From Rhynchobatus australiae (Eukaryota), in NCBI GenBank assembly GCA_034780895.1, contig JAUZTB010000065.1:12991396-13055395 (forward strand): a stretch of DNA of 64,000 bases. Reading direction: 5' to 3'. The notes beneath the pieces were generated by a model that was given only the letters and a program-made list of their open reading frames with translations, ran no database searches and had not been told where the DNA came from. How positions within the stretch are numbered: the stretch's first letter is position 1; each line of letters begins with the position of its first letter. The position numbers and the translations under genes are program-made. This document shows positions 51,101 through 64,000 of the stretch, piece after piece.

Positions 51101-51374
51101 GAGCCTTGACTCAATAAATAGATTTTATGGAATTTTTGGCTCACCATTTTAAATCTAATGATGACCAAAATCATTATAAATTTTTTGGTACACTTCTAAT
51201 CCTTTTGTTTTTGAAGCTCAGTCCACAAGAATGAGGAGACGGCTGCTTTAAAATGGCACAGGATTTTCTTTCCCATTCCCCAAATACATAATAGGCTTCT
51301 ATTTCTTCCAGTCAAACAAGCATCCTAGCCAATGGCACCTTCTGGTTCTAATGCACCCAGTAAGTTCAAGCACC

Positions 51375-51805
51375 TGCACAGGTTGACTCTGTGGTTAAGA
51401 AGGCATATGGTGTATTGTCCTTCATCAATCAGGAAATTGAATTTAGGAGCCAAGAGGTATTGTTGCAGCTATATAGGACCCTGGTCAGACCCCACTTGGA
51501 GTACTGTGCTCAGTTCTGGNNNNNNNNNNNNNNNNNNNNNNNNNNNNNNNNNNNNNNNNNNNNNNNNNNNNNNNNNNNNNNNNNNNNNNNNNNNNNNNNN
51601 NNNNNNNNNNNNNNNNNNNGGAATGGGCTGCCAGCAATGGTGGTGGAGGTGGATATGATAGGGTCTTTTAAGAGACTGTTGGATAGGTACATGGAGCTGA
51701 GAAAAATGGTATGGGTAAGCTTAGTAATTTCTAGGGTAGAGACACGTTCGGCACAGCTCTGTGGGCTGAAGAGCCTGAATTGTGCTGTAGTTTTTCTATG
51801 TTTCT
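51375..51805 (+). mobile_element. Young CR1 3' fragment spanning a gap
   Basis: ORF 51391..51807 VKKAYGVLSFINQEIEFRS.EVLLQLYRTLVRPHLEYCAQFW. Confidence 0.9.
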
Positions 51806-53229
51806 AATCAAACTATTGAAAATGTAGCACCACCATCATCAAGCAGCCTTTCCCTCTCTGGAACAAATTTAAGCAACTCGGTCACTTTTCTTTTTATCTG
51901 TTTGCTGCCATGATATTCAACCCAAATGAAATGCATCACCTCACAACCCATAATTATTTTTGGTATCATAGGATATTATGGCTCAGCTGGAGATCATTTA
52001 CCCTTCATACCTGTCGGCTTTTGGAAAGAGTTTTCCCAATTAGTCTGACTTCCTGCATCCCTCCCAACTTCTTATCCACCCAATGATCCTGTAAATTGTT
52101 TTTCCCTGTGAGAATTTATCCACTTCCCTTCAGAAAGTTATTACTGAATCTGTTTTCCTTTCAGGCAGTGCAACCCATGATCATAACAACCTGCCGCATA
52201 AAAGGAACTCTCATATCCCTCTGGCTCTTTTGCCAATCAGGTTTTGTGAAGATTGATGCTTGCACTGTTATTTCACTGGCAGCATTGAAACAAACAAGTT
52301 AGGGTCATGATGAAAGCTGTGGAAAAAGAGGAATGCAAACAACAATTAGCCAATCGGACACTAATATTCACTGAGCAAAGCAGAACTTCAAGGCTAACAA
52401 CTTGAAATCACACATAAACCATGTTGCACCAAATGCTCATTTCTTATTTTGAGCTGCAAACATATTCCAACACCATGAGAATAACTACTTAATGTACTTC
52501 TATTTTCCTGCAGGTTTGGCCAGAACAAAAAAGAAAGTCAAGAATTATAAAAATGAAAAATTTCTGTATGTTTAGACCTTGCTGTTTTATACAAATCCTA
52601 CATTTAACAAAAATAATCAAGCAGAATTATGCACTAGACAGAACCATTAAAATGGAAGTCCTGAAAAGCATTTGTGCAGCATTTTGCATGGTGTGACTTT
52701 AAAGCTGATGGATAGTTAGGTGCTCTGCTTGTGCAACATAAGCTAAAGCTGGAAGCTATTAGTGGCTGGATGGATAAAGATCAAATAATTCTCTTTAGAC
52801 CAATTTGCTGTTGGTCATTGCGCGAGATGGGGGGAGGGTGAAGAGGGGGGAGGGCAGAGTCCAGCTTAAGCAGAGGCACAGGTGCTATCAGCCCTATTGA
52901 TGTTGAGCCCCAGCTCCTGCTGTGACTACTACACAGCGGATTACAACATCCGCTCCAAAAATAAGGCACATCGTGCAAAGTATCTGTGACTGGCAATGAG
53001 TACCAGAGAGGAAAACAAACAAACAAACAAAAAAAATTGCCACTGAAATAAATAGCTGGCTCCAGCAATATCATAAAAGCAGTAATGCTTTCTCAAAACA
53101 GTCACAGCTGGATTAATTAATCACCTTGTAAGCACGTGGAGACAAAATCCCTTTCATCCAATACAGTTGCAATGGTGTGGTATTTTTCTGTTCATTGTAC
53201 AAGTCTTTGGAAACGCCCAGCTCTATCCG

Positions 53230-53870
53230 TTCCACTTTTTCTGCAGAAGCTATTCCAAAACCAATTAGCAACATGGCTGAAGGACCTATTGAGATTCAAT
53301 ATCCTCTACAAGAAGACATTTCTATATACCTCAGTTTTAAATAAATCAGCCCCTTAACTTGAGACCTTGTCCCCTTGTTCGACTCTCTCACTAGTGGAAA
53401 TATCTCAACGTCTACCCTGTCTTGCCCCTTTAGGATTTTATTGGTTTATAGAAACCACCCTGTATTCTCTTAAACTCCAGAGAGTACAGACCCAACCTGA
53501 TTAGCCTCTCTTGATAGGACAATCCTCTCATCCCTGGAATTAGTAAAATTGGAGGTAGTCCAAAAGAGCTATTTTAGATAGGAGGACCAAAACTGTGCAT
53601 GGTACTCCAGGTGCAGCCACACCAACACCCTGTGCAACTGTAATAAAACTTCCCTATTTCTAGACTCCAACCCTTGCAATAAAGGCCAATGCCATTTGCT
53701 TTCTTAACTACCTGCTGCACCTGCCTGCTAACTTCTGTGATTCATGCACAAGTACAGCTACATCTTTATGTTTCACCCATATGCAGTCTTATCATTCTGA
53801 TAATGATCTGTCTTTTGATTCCTCATAATAAAATGCATGACCTCACATTTTGCCCACTCACTCATGCATA
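53230..53870 (-). mobile_element. CR1 LINE remnant
   Basis: gaccaaaactgtgcatggtactccaggtgc (HLEYHAQFWS on minus) and aatgccatttgc. Confidence 0.7.
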
Positions 53871-55559
53871 ACCACCTTACATAACATAGATGACAATTGC
53901 AACACAGATCTCCTGCCTTTCATTAGAAACAACTGAAGATAATCCTTCAAAGGCATCTGTCTCTGAAGTTATCCAACTTGGTAGACGTGGATTATTCATC
54001 TAACAGTTTGAAATAAGTAGAATTGAGATCTAAAATTAAACCAAAATATTAATATGAGCCTTTGCCTCAAAAAATATGTACATTAAGTATTTTAACTGCT
54101 CCCATTCAGTGCAGAATAAAGTTGAATTGATGGATAAGTCATCTGGGTGACTGCAGAAAGCACTCCCAAAAGAAAGCTAATCCACAGAAATTCATGGGCA
54201 TAAAAAGGCCATTCAGCTCAAACATTCCCATTTTACTTTTTTCCTTGTGAAATTCAAAACCAATCCTAAGAAGCCTGTATCTTCCTTGGATTTCAAATAT
54301 TTATCTACTTTTCCCAATGGGGAGGGGAGTCAGGGGTCAATGCAGTACTGAGTGAGCCCTGTAATAATCCTTAAAAACACACACAATGTACTCTACAGGG
54401 AAAAGAACTTCAATTTCTTAATGAAATAACCTTAAAAGCAATACCGTTCAGCTGACAGCAAAGGAAAAAAAAATCAACTTCCACACAGTAAACCTTTGCC
54501 TTAACCTGCAGTTGGAAACACAACTCAACACAATGAATTATTTTTGCTGAATTTATCCCATTTTAAAGTTCTGCATCTCATCCTGATTGATTCCAATTGG
54601 ACACGTGGAACACTGATGACTTGGTTCTGAATTGTTCAATTGAGCTGCAGTTTGCACTCTTTTTTTCTCTCTATAAGATAAAAGCAGCATCTAATCTGCT
54701 TTAAAACTTCAGCAAGATACTATACATAAATATGAGCCTGGCAAAGTATTTCATCCTCACTGCAGGATGAATATAATTTACACTTCCCCAGTATATCTTC
54801 CTATTGCCCAAACTTTCTTCCACTGCAGTCTAAATGAGTTTGTTTTTTTGATTTTGTGCCAACAGTAAGGCTGAGCCCATTCCATGCACTGACAGCTGGC
54901 GTCCACTCTAATGAGCTACTGCCGCCAAGAGAAAAAAAACAGAATTAAAACAACACGTAATAAACAACAAAAGATATGACAGAACAACTTCAGGCCAATA
55001 ATCCAGCGGAAGGGATCAAGTGGCCGTTCATGACAACATTGGAACGGCTTGATTAGATTACGCAGCAGTAATCATTCCCATGTACCCCATTATGGTATAT
55101 AATTCCCCTTAGAAAGCGTATCTTGAGCATTTTATACATAACGCCAATAATACTGCTATGAATAATTATCATTTCTATAAATTCTGTTTTAGGAACAGAT
55201 TTTTAACATGCAGATGCAATTTTATGGAAAACAGGTTGAAGTTATAATGAGAAATTTAAAACTGGTTCATGGAGAGTTCACTTTCTACTCTCCTTGTGCA
55301 GTGAGGATGTCTCATCATAACCTAGCTCCAATGGCAAAGGTAAACTGAATTTTATGCATACACATCCTACAAATTAAAAAAAATACAACTTACTTTCTCA
55401 AGGTTTGCATTTTTGATTAATTTAATGATATGCTCTTTTATCTTGTGGAAGCTCTCCAAACAAGGTGCTAACCAATTTGCTCAGCCAGCCCAATTCCTTA
55501 CTTAAGCAGCCAAACTCCTGATACTGACCTCTACTGCACGCTGCTGAAATGTGTCTGAC

Positions 55560-56620
55560 AATACAGGGGTCAAATAAGGGTAGAACATACACCATGAATG
55601 ATAGGGCCCTATGGAGCATTGAGGAACAAAGGGACCTTGATGTATAAGGCCAAACATCCCTGAAAGTGGCAGCATTTTAAACAGGTTGCCGAAGGCAACA
55701 TACAGGATTACTTCTTCGTTGATCAGGGGAAAAGATACAAGAACAGGAGGTCTTGGTACAACTTCATAAAACTCTGCTTAGGCCAGAGTTGGAAGATTAT
55801 GTGCAATTCTGGTTGCCAAACTACAGGAAGGATGTGATTGCTCCAGAGAGGTACAGAGGAGATTCACCAGGATGTTGCCTGGGATGGAAGGTTTCAGTTT
55901 GTGAGGAAAGACTGGATGGGCTGGGTATGTTGTTTTTTGGAGCAGGGGAAGCTGAGGGGGGACCTGGCAGAGGGATAAAAAATTAAAAGAGGCATAGACA
56001 GGGCAAGATAGGGGGAAAAAAATTCCCTTAAAAAAAATTTTCCCCCAGGGAAAAGGAATCAAAAACTAAAGGGAATAGGTTCAGAGTATGAGGGGAAAGA
56101 TGTGAAAGGGACCCAAGGGGCAACTTCTTCATGCAGAGGGTGGTGCAAGTGTGAAATGAGCTGCTAAAGAAAGTGGTTGAGACAGGTAAAATAACAACAT
56201 TTAAATGACATTTGGACAGGTACATGGATATGAAAAGGCTAAGAGGAATATGGGTCAAATGGGACTAGCTCAGGTGGGCACCTTCGTTGTCTGGATGAGT
56301 TGGGCTGAAGGGCCTGTTTCCGTGCTGCATGACTCTAAGACTAGAGGACATAGGTTTAAGGTGAGGAGCAAGAAATGTAGAAGGGATCTGAGAAAGAATT
56401 TTTGTTCACTCAAAAGGGTGGTTGGAATCTGGAATGTGTTGCCTGAGGGGCTGGTGGAGGGAGAGACTCTCACAAAATTTAAGAAGCATCAGCACAAGCA
56501 TTTGAATCACCGAGGCATAGTAGGCTCTAGACCAAGTGCCGGTAAATGGATTAAGATAGCTATGCATTTGATGGTCAGCCTCGACTGGGTGGGCCAAAGT
56601 GTCTGCTTCAGTGTTACATG
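55560..56620 (+). mobile_element. CR1 LINE 3' fragment with a second CR1 3' end (~56038-56337) nested inside
   Basis: ORF 55753..55986 LHKTLLRPELEDYVQFWLPNYRKD. The inner copy ends gtgctgcatgactct and the outer copy resumes KTRGHRFKVR...VVGIWNVLP. Confidence 0.85.
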
Positions 56621-57969
56621 AGCATAACCCAAGTATGGAATTATGATTTACAATAAAAACCTTTACATTAAAATAATAGCCTCATCCCTTGGCCTCTGAA
56701 TACTGGATGCCCTCAAATTTACCCATTCTGACTGAACAGAATTAAAAACAAAATCCCACACACAGCATTTATAAAGTTCTTTTCCCCCCAAAGCAAAGTA
56801 AAAATTCCAGAATGCATCACCATAGTTAAAAGCTTTCATAAATCTCAACCTGACTTTTTCCCACTAATATAGTAAAGGACCAAGCAATGCACGTTAGGGC
56901 AATTAATAGCAGAGTTTTGGATTTGACAAATAGCTCAAGGCTGACATCTGCTGGACTGCGTAGAAACCTTCAGCAATATTGCTAAATGACAGAAGAGCTT
57001 TTGCACACTAGAATTTTCTTCTAAAAATTCTTTCCTGCTTGTAACTACACAATTAATTAATGCTTTACAAATATCAATCTTGCAGACATATATTAAATAA
57101 TCCTGATGGCATTAATATCTAGGTTTTAAGGGTTACATTATAGGAACAGGTTGCATTGACTTTATCCAGGGATAAAGGGTGATCAAACTGAGAAATTTAA
57201 AGTAATAAAAAGAGTTTATAGGATATTTCCTCTGGTTTGTTCAGATGTGATGTCCGTAAATACAGAGTAGAGGAAATCTGGAGCTGTCTCCCCTCAAAAT
57301 GCTATCAAGGTTGCAGGGGTAAATAGAGGAATTCTAAACAGAGATTGATAGTTTTTGTTANNNNNNNNNNNNNNNNNNNNNNNNNNNNNNNNNNNNNNNN
57401 NNNNNNNNNNNNNNNNNNNNNNNNNNNNNNNNNNNNNNNNNNNNNNNNNNNNNNNNNNNNTTAGGCTAGGGTATTAAAGGTTATAGAAACAAAATAGGTG
57501 TACTTAAGGCACAGATAAGCAATAATCTATGTAAATGGCAGTATACATTGAAAGATGAACAGGCTCCTCCAGTTCCTATATTCTTGAGCAATGAAGCATA
57601 TAATAACAATACTTCCACATTTAATGCAGAAGGTAAGAATTAAAAGAACTAGTTCAAAGTTATAGCAGTGTATATATGAGGGGGGGGGTACACCTTGGCC
57701 ACTGAATGTATTGATTTCCTACAATGGGTAGAACCATGATTTTCCAATACATTTTTAGCATTCTCTGATGAGGGCAGTTTTTAATGCCCAAGCCCAATTA
57801 CCCTGAAGGAAGTAGTTGTGAGCCATCTTGAACCAAGGTGTCCTTCCAATGAAGATAATTCTGCTACATAAGGAGTTCCAGGATTTATGTCCATAATGAA
57901 TAACATTTCCCCCAAAACTATGTTCTGAATATGCATGGCTGAACGCAAGTAGATGAAGAATGAAATGCC

Positions 57970-58330
57970 ACTTTACAGAACCTTTCACAACTCAGGAGAC
58001 ACCAAAGCACTGAATAGAAATGAAGTACTTCCCAGGTGCTGTCACAGTCGTAAGGAAGCAACAGCTAATTTGTGCACAACAAGCTCCTACAAACAGCACT
58101 ATGATCATGATTAAGTAATCTTCATTTGAGCGATGTTAATTGAGGGATAAACAATGGCCTAGACACTGAGGAGAACTCAGTTGNNNNNNNNNNNNNTGAG
58201 AGACTTTTTCAAATGTCATATCAAAAGGAAGTCAGAGAGAGCAACATTCTCTTTGTACTCTATAGAAAAACCAAATTAGATTTTCGTTCTGGAGTGAGGC
58301 TTAAATCCAAACCTTCCAACTCAGAACAAT
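57970..58330 (-). mobile_element. DeuSINE-like SINE
   Basis: cctttcacaactcagga...aatgaagtactt...aatttgtgcacaacaagctcctacaaacagc...tgagggataaa...ctggagtgaggcttaaatcc (tRNA-like head on minus). Confidence 0.6.
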
Positions 58331-61300
58331 GAGTTAATGATCTGTACCTCAGGCTTTTGGGGTGGTGTAAGCAGAATCAATCAGAGCTTTCAAGAGGGAA
58401 CTGGAAAGACACTTCAGTGAAAATAATGTGCAGGGCTGTGTGGAAAGAACAGGAGCAAGGGACTGATTTAATGCTCCATCAGCAGTAGTGCAGTGGGTAC
58501 AGTGACCTTCTCCTCTGCCTTTACAGTTCTATGATTTAAAGATTGTACCCACAGAGTCAAAGATTGCAGAATAGGCAATTAAAATACTGTATCAGGGTGA
58601 ACTGATCATTATCAAAGAATGAGCCATACAATTCAAGAAGATTCTTAATTTGATTCTAAAGCTATATTGAGTGAAGTTACCTTAAATGAAGCATTGCTGG
58701 GTTGTTTATGGTTTCAATATGATTGAGTCAGGAAGGGCAGGGGGAAAAGAAGGGTGACAATGTTGTCAATCAGCCAAAATTTGAGGATGAATGGGGAAAT
58801 GCTGTATGATGTTAGTGCGAAAGTCCCTGACAGCAGGAATCTAATGCTGAAAAGATCGGCCTCCAATGGTGCATATAAAGACTGCACTATTAAATCAAAG
58901 ATAACAAACTACTTTTAGTGCATTCGAAGAACTTGAGTAGAAGAAGTTACGATCTGGGTTATACACTGGGTGAATCTGTACTGAGTCGATGAATGGATTT
59001 GAAAACAAGATGGAGAAGCTTGAATGGAGATGGGGGAAGCTTGAAAACAAGTGGAGATGGGGGAAACTGTTTGGACTTCGCCACATTCATACTTCAGCCA
59101 GCTCAACACACAGAAAAAAAAACATGGCCAAATACTTTATCTCATCATGTCAGTTCTCCCATCATAATTTATGTGAAAGTACTGTACTACTCAGACCCTT
59201 GTTCCCACAATGTACCAACATGGCCCAGTGCCATGACTATTACTCCTTCAGGCAAAAGTTAGCAATGGTTTCAGGGTTACAAATCAAAACAAATGATATT
59301 TCTTGGCATGGATTGCAGAATTTTCTTTGGGGTTAAATAAGCCTAAACACTACCCATTTGTTCTGCTGAAAGAACTTGATTCAATCCATACTCTAACTAA
59401 TTTTGCAAAACAAAGTCTTTGAAAACTGCCTAATGTTGAAATACCTTTGAAATGTCAATCAAACACAAGAAGCAGGTGCAAGTTCACCAGCTTCACTTGG
59501 GGCAAACTGGAAAGGGAAGTCAGATACAAGAATATTGCATGTGGGTCTTCAACCAGAAATAACGTGGGAATTTTAAAATCCCATTAGAACAAGTTTCAAC
59601 CATGGGAGCAACAGGGTTCCAAAAGTGACCAAAGATGAGCTGCACAAGAAAAATCTTCCAAGGAGAAAAGCTCATCACAACCTAGTGACCCTGTCGGAAA
59701 ATGCATATGCACACATATCAGCAGAGAACACTCAAGTTATTGTGTGTTTCACTCAGAGTTATACATTACATTNNNNNNNNNNNNNNNNNNNNNNNNNNNN
59801 NNNNNNNNNNNNNNNNNNNNNNNNNNNNNNNNNNNNNNNNNNNNNNNNNNNNNNNNNNNNNNNNNNNNNNNNAAGCAAAATGTGTGACCTGAACTGCTCT
59901 AACAAGTGATATGTAAAACTATTAAATCATTAATCATTGATAATTACAGATATCATTTCACTATCAAGCTCTGCCTCCTGTTTGGTTTTGAGGTACACAA
60001 AAGTGGTCACCCATATTTAAAGGTGAAGGACAATTAATGCCAGTCTGTCTGGTACGAGGGTGACTTGATTGACTGGTGCTCATGATGAATGATGGATAGT
60101 GAGTCTGCTCCTGGTTCTGCTATTGTTCAGCAGCTATGAAATATATTTTTTATCCTGGAAGCAAGATCTTGTGATTTTATCAAATAATTAATCCAAATTG
60201 TATATCTTTTATAATTTAATTGGATAAATGATGAAATGTATAAATATGAATGTAGGTTAAAGCAGTTCAACAGGGAAATTACTCAAACATAAATATAGTT
60301 ATGCACCAATGAAAGAGTTAAAGCTGGCATGGTCAGTTTGTCATCAGTTCATGTAGTGCACTGGGCCATCACACATGGGTTCATTGAGTTATGATGACAG
60401 ATCGAGTGAAAGCAGAATAGTGCCCAGTACACACTGCTCTGCAGGCCCGCTGGGAGACAGTCTCACCTCCCCTGCATTTCAGGCCACATTTATTTACAGA
60501 AAAATAAATCAGACAAAATATACACAAGAGGAGATAATGAGAGGTTTTCAAAAGCTTGGCTTAACAGAGAATTGCAGTGCGCTGAGGCTCCAGCCAAGAG
60601 AGTGGCAGCCCAAACTCGACACGATATTTTGACTTTGGTATAATGGTAGACTGGGAAGTTAGAAAGACATTCACAAGGTCAGAACTTATATATGTCATCT
60701 GCAATCTTTGAAATTATTGCTCACACAACCAATATATATATAATTGTAGTCCCTGGTATCAATCCCTGGTAAATGTTAATGGAAATTCTCCTCTAGTCAG
60801 ATGAAAAAAGCAACCATTTAGCATCACTCTGGTTCCGTCTATTTTCCTTCGTTTGTTAAATTCCAGGGCTTTCATTTATTTAGCTATTGCAATGCAGTAA
60901 AACACTACAATCTGCTTCACAGATTAATTAGATCGAAATATTTACAGAAATAAAAACAAAATAAATATTAGGAGAGTTGAATGAAAGTCTTCTCAAACAC
61001 ATTGTTAGAGCAGGTGAAGAAGGTGGGTTTCAGGAGGAAACACCAAGCACACAACAGTTTCAATTCGGTCTCCATTTTTAAATTCCAAACATCAGCAAAT
61101 CTTCAGAACTTTATTCAGAAAAGCTGCCTTTGTTCTTTCACTTATCTCACTACTCAAAGAGGAAATGCTAAAAATGTAAGTTCAACTGAAAACTAATATT
61201 ACATCCATTTCAACATCCTTTTTAATATAAATTTGAACAATTCATAAGTTGTCGATTTTGATAAAACTTTTAAAAATCCCAATGCTGTGGAACTAAAATA

Positions 61301-62679
61301 TGATTAAAATTCCAATTTGTTCTTACAGGATTAACTTACATTTAGAAATGAACTTGATGATAATTTTGATTAATGACTACTTTTTTCCCCATTTTAGTTG
61401 TTCCTCAAAGAACATGTTGTTCCTATCTACAATAAAAGCCTCACTTGAAAACACCCTGTTCTTTCCCTAAGGCTTCATGCTTTAAAGTATGCAGAAGCAG
61501 AATTGGGCATAAAAAGCAGTAAAAATACCTGCATGAGTCAGTCAAGAATCATCCTTGAAGTGCCAGCTTAGCCCTGTTACCTTGGGTACACTCCACAGAC
61601 TTACACATTAATGCCTAAATGCTTTCATTAATAATCATCCATGTGCAAGTTGAATTCATAATTCAAAACAGCAACACTTAATAGCTATCAAAAGGGTACA
61701 TTGAAGTGAAGTACCATATGGGCTAATGATTTTTTAGTTTTGCTTTGTGAAATTTTCAAGCATTATTAAACTTAAATTGCCCATTATTGCATAGTATTCC
61801 CTGAAGGTACAGGAACAACTGAGAAAAAAGAAAAAGCCAAAAATCCTGAAAAGTGTTTACTGTGTCTATTAATGTCATTTTACATTGAAACATATGTCAC
61901 AGATTTTACAATAACATTGCAATAATGAGATATTGTGAACACTGACAATAATGTTAATATGGACAATGTAGTTTAAACACATGCAATACANNNNNNNNNN
62001 NNNNNNNNNNNNNNNCACATGTCAGGAATAGGGAATGAAATAATGGCTAGGAGAGATGAAAGGAGCCACTTTCGTCTTCCAAATACTGAGAGGACACTTA
62101 AGCTCATCTATGACTGGATATCACACAAGCATTCTCATAATTTAGGGACGGTGGACAGCCAGGGGAGGCATCAGTGTGCCACAGCTGGTTATCAACAATA
62201 TGCAGATGGAAATTAATTCTTTGTTTTCAGATGATGTTATCAAGGGGCAGCATGTAGATGAGAAGAGGGGGACGAAGAATCAAATTTCAGCCACCACTCT
62301 TTCATTGGTCATGACACTAATAGCAGATCAATAGTTCAAATGTACACAATTTTAAGTGGTAGTGAATATGTCCAAAAGCTAAATTCTAATTTTTTAAAAA
62401 AGCAAGTAAACTAGCCCCAACTTAATATTCATTTAGTTGGTGATGCATATACAGTATTCTTACCGCAAAATATCACTGCCAAATTAAAGCAAGATACCAA
62501 TCCTATTCTATTTACTGAAGAGCAATCATTTCACATCATCTTGCTGAACTATTATAGCATAGATGGAGATTATTTGGCTCAGAACCTGTAAATGATTCTT
62601 ATTCAAATGCCTATCAATTCCATTTTGAAAGTCCTATTCGACTCTGTTACCTTACCAAACCAACAGTTGAATATTAAGA

Positions 62680-63010
62680 AAGCACTTGCATTATAAGTGC
62701 CTTTCATGTCCTAAGGATTTGCCAAAGCCAATTTATGCACAGGAAGGTCCCATAAACAGCAGGGTAATTAATGACAATCTATATTGGTGCTTTTGGGTAG
62801 GGTAAGAGAGTTGTAAGAAAACTGAGAGAACTCACTTGCCTTTTTAAGAGCAAGAGAACAAACGGGTATTTCTATCTGAATGGGCAAGTGGAGGCCCCCT
62901 TTTTAACATCTCATTTTGAAAAAAATACTTCATTTTTCAGAGAAGTACTGAATCTCCTGAGTGCATCTTGAATCCACATTCTGACTCTGAAGCTAGTGTG
63001 TCTCACTACT
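62680..63010 (-). mobile_element. DeuSINE-like SINE immediately downstream (in transcript sense) of ST7 exon 63057-63159
   Basis: gccaatttatgcacaggaaggtcccataaacagc...tttaacatctcat...ttctgactctgaagctagtgtg. Confidence 0.55.
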
Positions 63011-63056
63011 CGAGTTATCTGAATAAATGGAACCAAATGGTACCTGTCACACTTAC

Positions 63057-63159
63057 CTTTGGCACATGTGGGTTAAACTCCACCGCTCTGTGTATTGCTT
63101 CCACAGCATTCATTTCTGCTGTGCTGAGTCCTCGCCGAGAGGCTGCCTCTGGTGAGAAC
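63057..63159 (-). CDS. ST7: ST7 internal coding exon (approx. human exon 12 equivalent), 103 nt: (x)[34 protein letters not shown]
   Basis: Minus strand reads ttttgcttgcttgataatag|GTTCTCACCAGAG...GTGCCAAAG|gtaagt. The translation matches the recalled vertebrate ST7 segment. It ends in phase 0 and joins YLLEMK of the next exon. Not listed in the ORF track in this frame. Confidence 0.96.
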
Positions 63160-63674
63160 CTATTATCAAGCAAGCAAAATGAACTTCAGTGTAAAGTAGA
63201 TCCATTCAATACAGAAATCTAAAATTGAAATTGCTCCATTCATAAGCGCCTCATTCGTTATGTACCCTCTCCCTGAGAAAGGCTAGGGTTCTTTAGAAAA
63301 GAAAGCAAAGGGAGGTTACTTCAAAGTTATGAAGGAGTCTGATATGCTTGGCATAGTGAGGACATTTACACTTGTGGAGCTGTTGAATCCCAATAGCCAT
63401 AAATATACAGTAGTTACTAGAAAATCTAACAGGAAATTTAGGAGGCATTTCTTTATCCAGAGGGTGGTTAGAATGTAGAACCTGACACCTCAAGTAGAAT
63501 TTAAGATAATCATGTAAATGCATTTAAGTGGAAGCTAGATAAGTACGAAGGAGAAAGTAACTAGAGGTTATATTGATGGAATTGTGTGAAGCTGGCATGT
63601 ATGAAACATCAACATAACATTGACCATTGGGCCACAAATACCTTATTACTTATATTTTAAATTTTATGCAAATT

Positions 63675-64000
63675 GTATGGGTAGTTAAGAAAGCTTATGG
63701 AGTGCTAGCTTTCATACGTTGAGGGATCGAGTTTAAGAGCTGCAAGTTAATGATGTAGCTCTGTAAAACTCTGGTTAGACCACACCTTGAGTACTGTATC
63801 CAGTTTTGGTTGCCTCATTATGGGAAGGATGTGGAAGCATTGGAAAGGGTGCAGAGGAGATTTATCAGGATGCTGCCTGGTTTAGAGAGTATACATTATG
63901 AGGACAGACTAAGGGAGCTAGGGCTTTATTCTTTGGAGAGGAGGAGGATGAGAGAAGACATGATAGAGGTGTACAAAATATTTGGAGGAATAGAAAGAAT
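63675..64000 (+). mobile_element. Young CR1 RT C-terminal fragment, continues past the window end; an older CR1 tail lies at ~63280-63640
   Basis: Translates VVKKAYGVLAFI...KTLVRPHLEYCIQFWLPHYGKDVEALERVQRRF. Confidence 0.9.

Noticed and set aside
58989-59336. 115-aa ORF with repeated KLE..WRWG
   Set aside because: The repetition comes from a local ~26-nt tandem duplication (gcttgaaaacaagtggagatggggga-like). There is no recognisable domain or exon structure.
1-64000. Prokaryotic systems (CRISPR arrays, operons, defence islands)
   Set aside because: The sequence is vertebrate intron/intergenic DNA, with no regularly spaced repeat-spacer array or dense ORFs.

Overview
Eukaryotic, AT-rich draft-assembly sequence with many N gaps. 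The repeat content (HER1/CR1-type LINE tails, HE1-type V-SINEs, DeuSINE-like SINEs, Rex-Babar and Penelope-like remnants) points to an elasmobranch (shark/ray) genome. The only protein-coding gene I can support is the 3' half of ST7 (suppression of tumorigenicity 7) on the minus strand. It has four internal exons (63159-63057, 43481-43331, 35103-35011, 26013-25874) and a terminal coding exon (14550-14455, ...FWHLLTRI*). All have canonical GT-AG sites and phase-compatible junctions, and an AATAAA follows at ~14156-14161. The gene's 5' part lies beyond the right edge. The rest is intronic or intergenic DNA dominated by decayed retroelements. Most notable: (1) a candidate second, alternative terminal ST7 exon at ~17645-17839 resembling the other mammalian ST7 C-terminus; (2) a dispersed family of Penelope-like elements carrying minimal type-I hammerhead ribozyme motifs, including a tandem ~169-nt pair and a head-to-head pair; (3) an Ingi/Vingi-like LINE fossil; (4) repeat-free motif clusters that may be conserved enhancers; (5) a perfect 55-bp inverted repeat flanking a gap and an old ~350-bp tandem duplication. 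Family names and human sequence comparisons come from recall, not database searches, and repeat boundaries are approximate.
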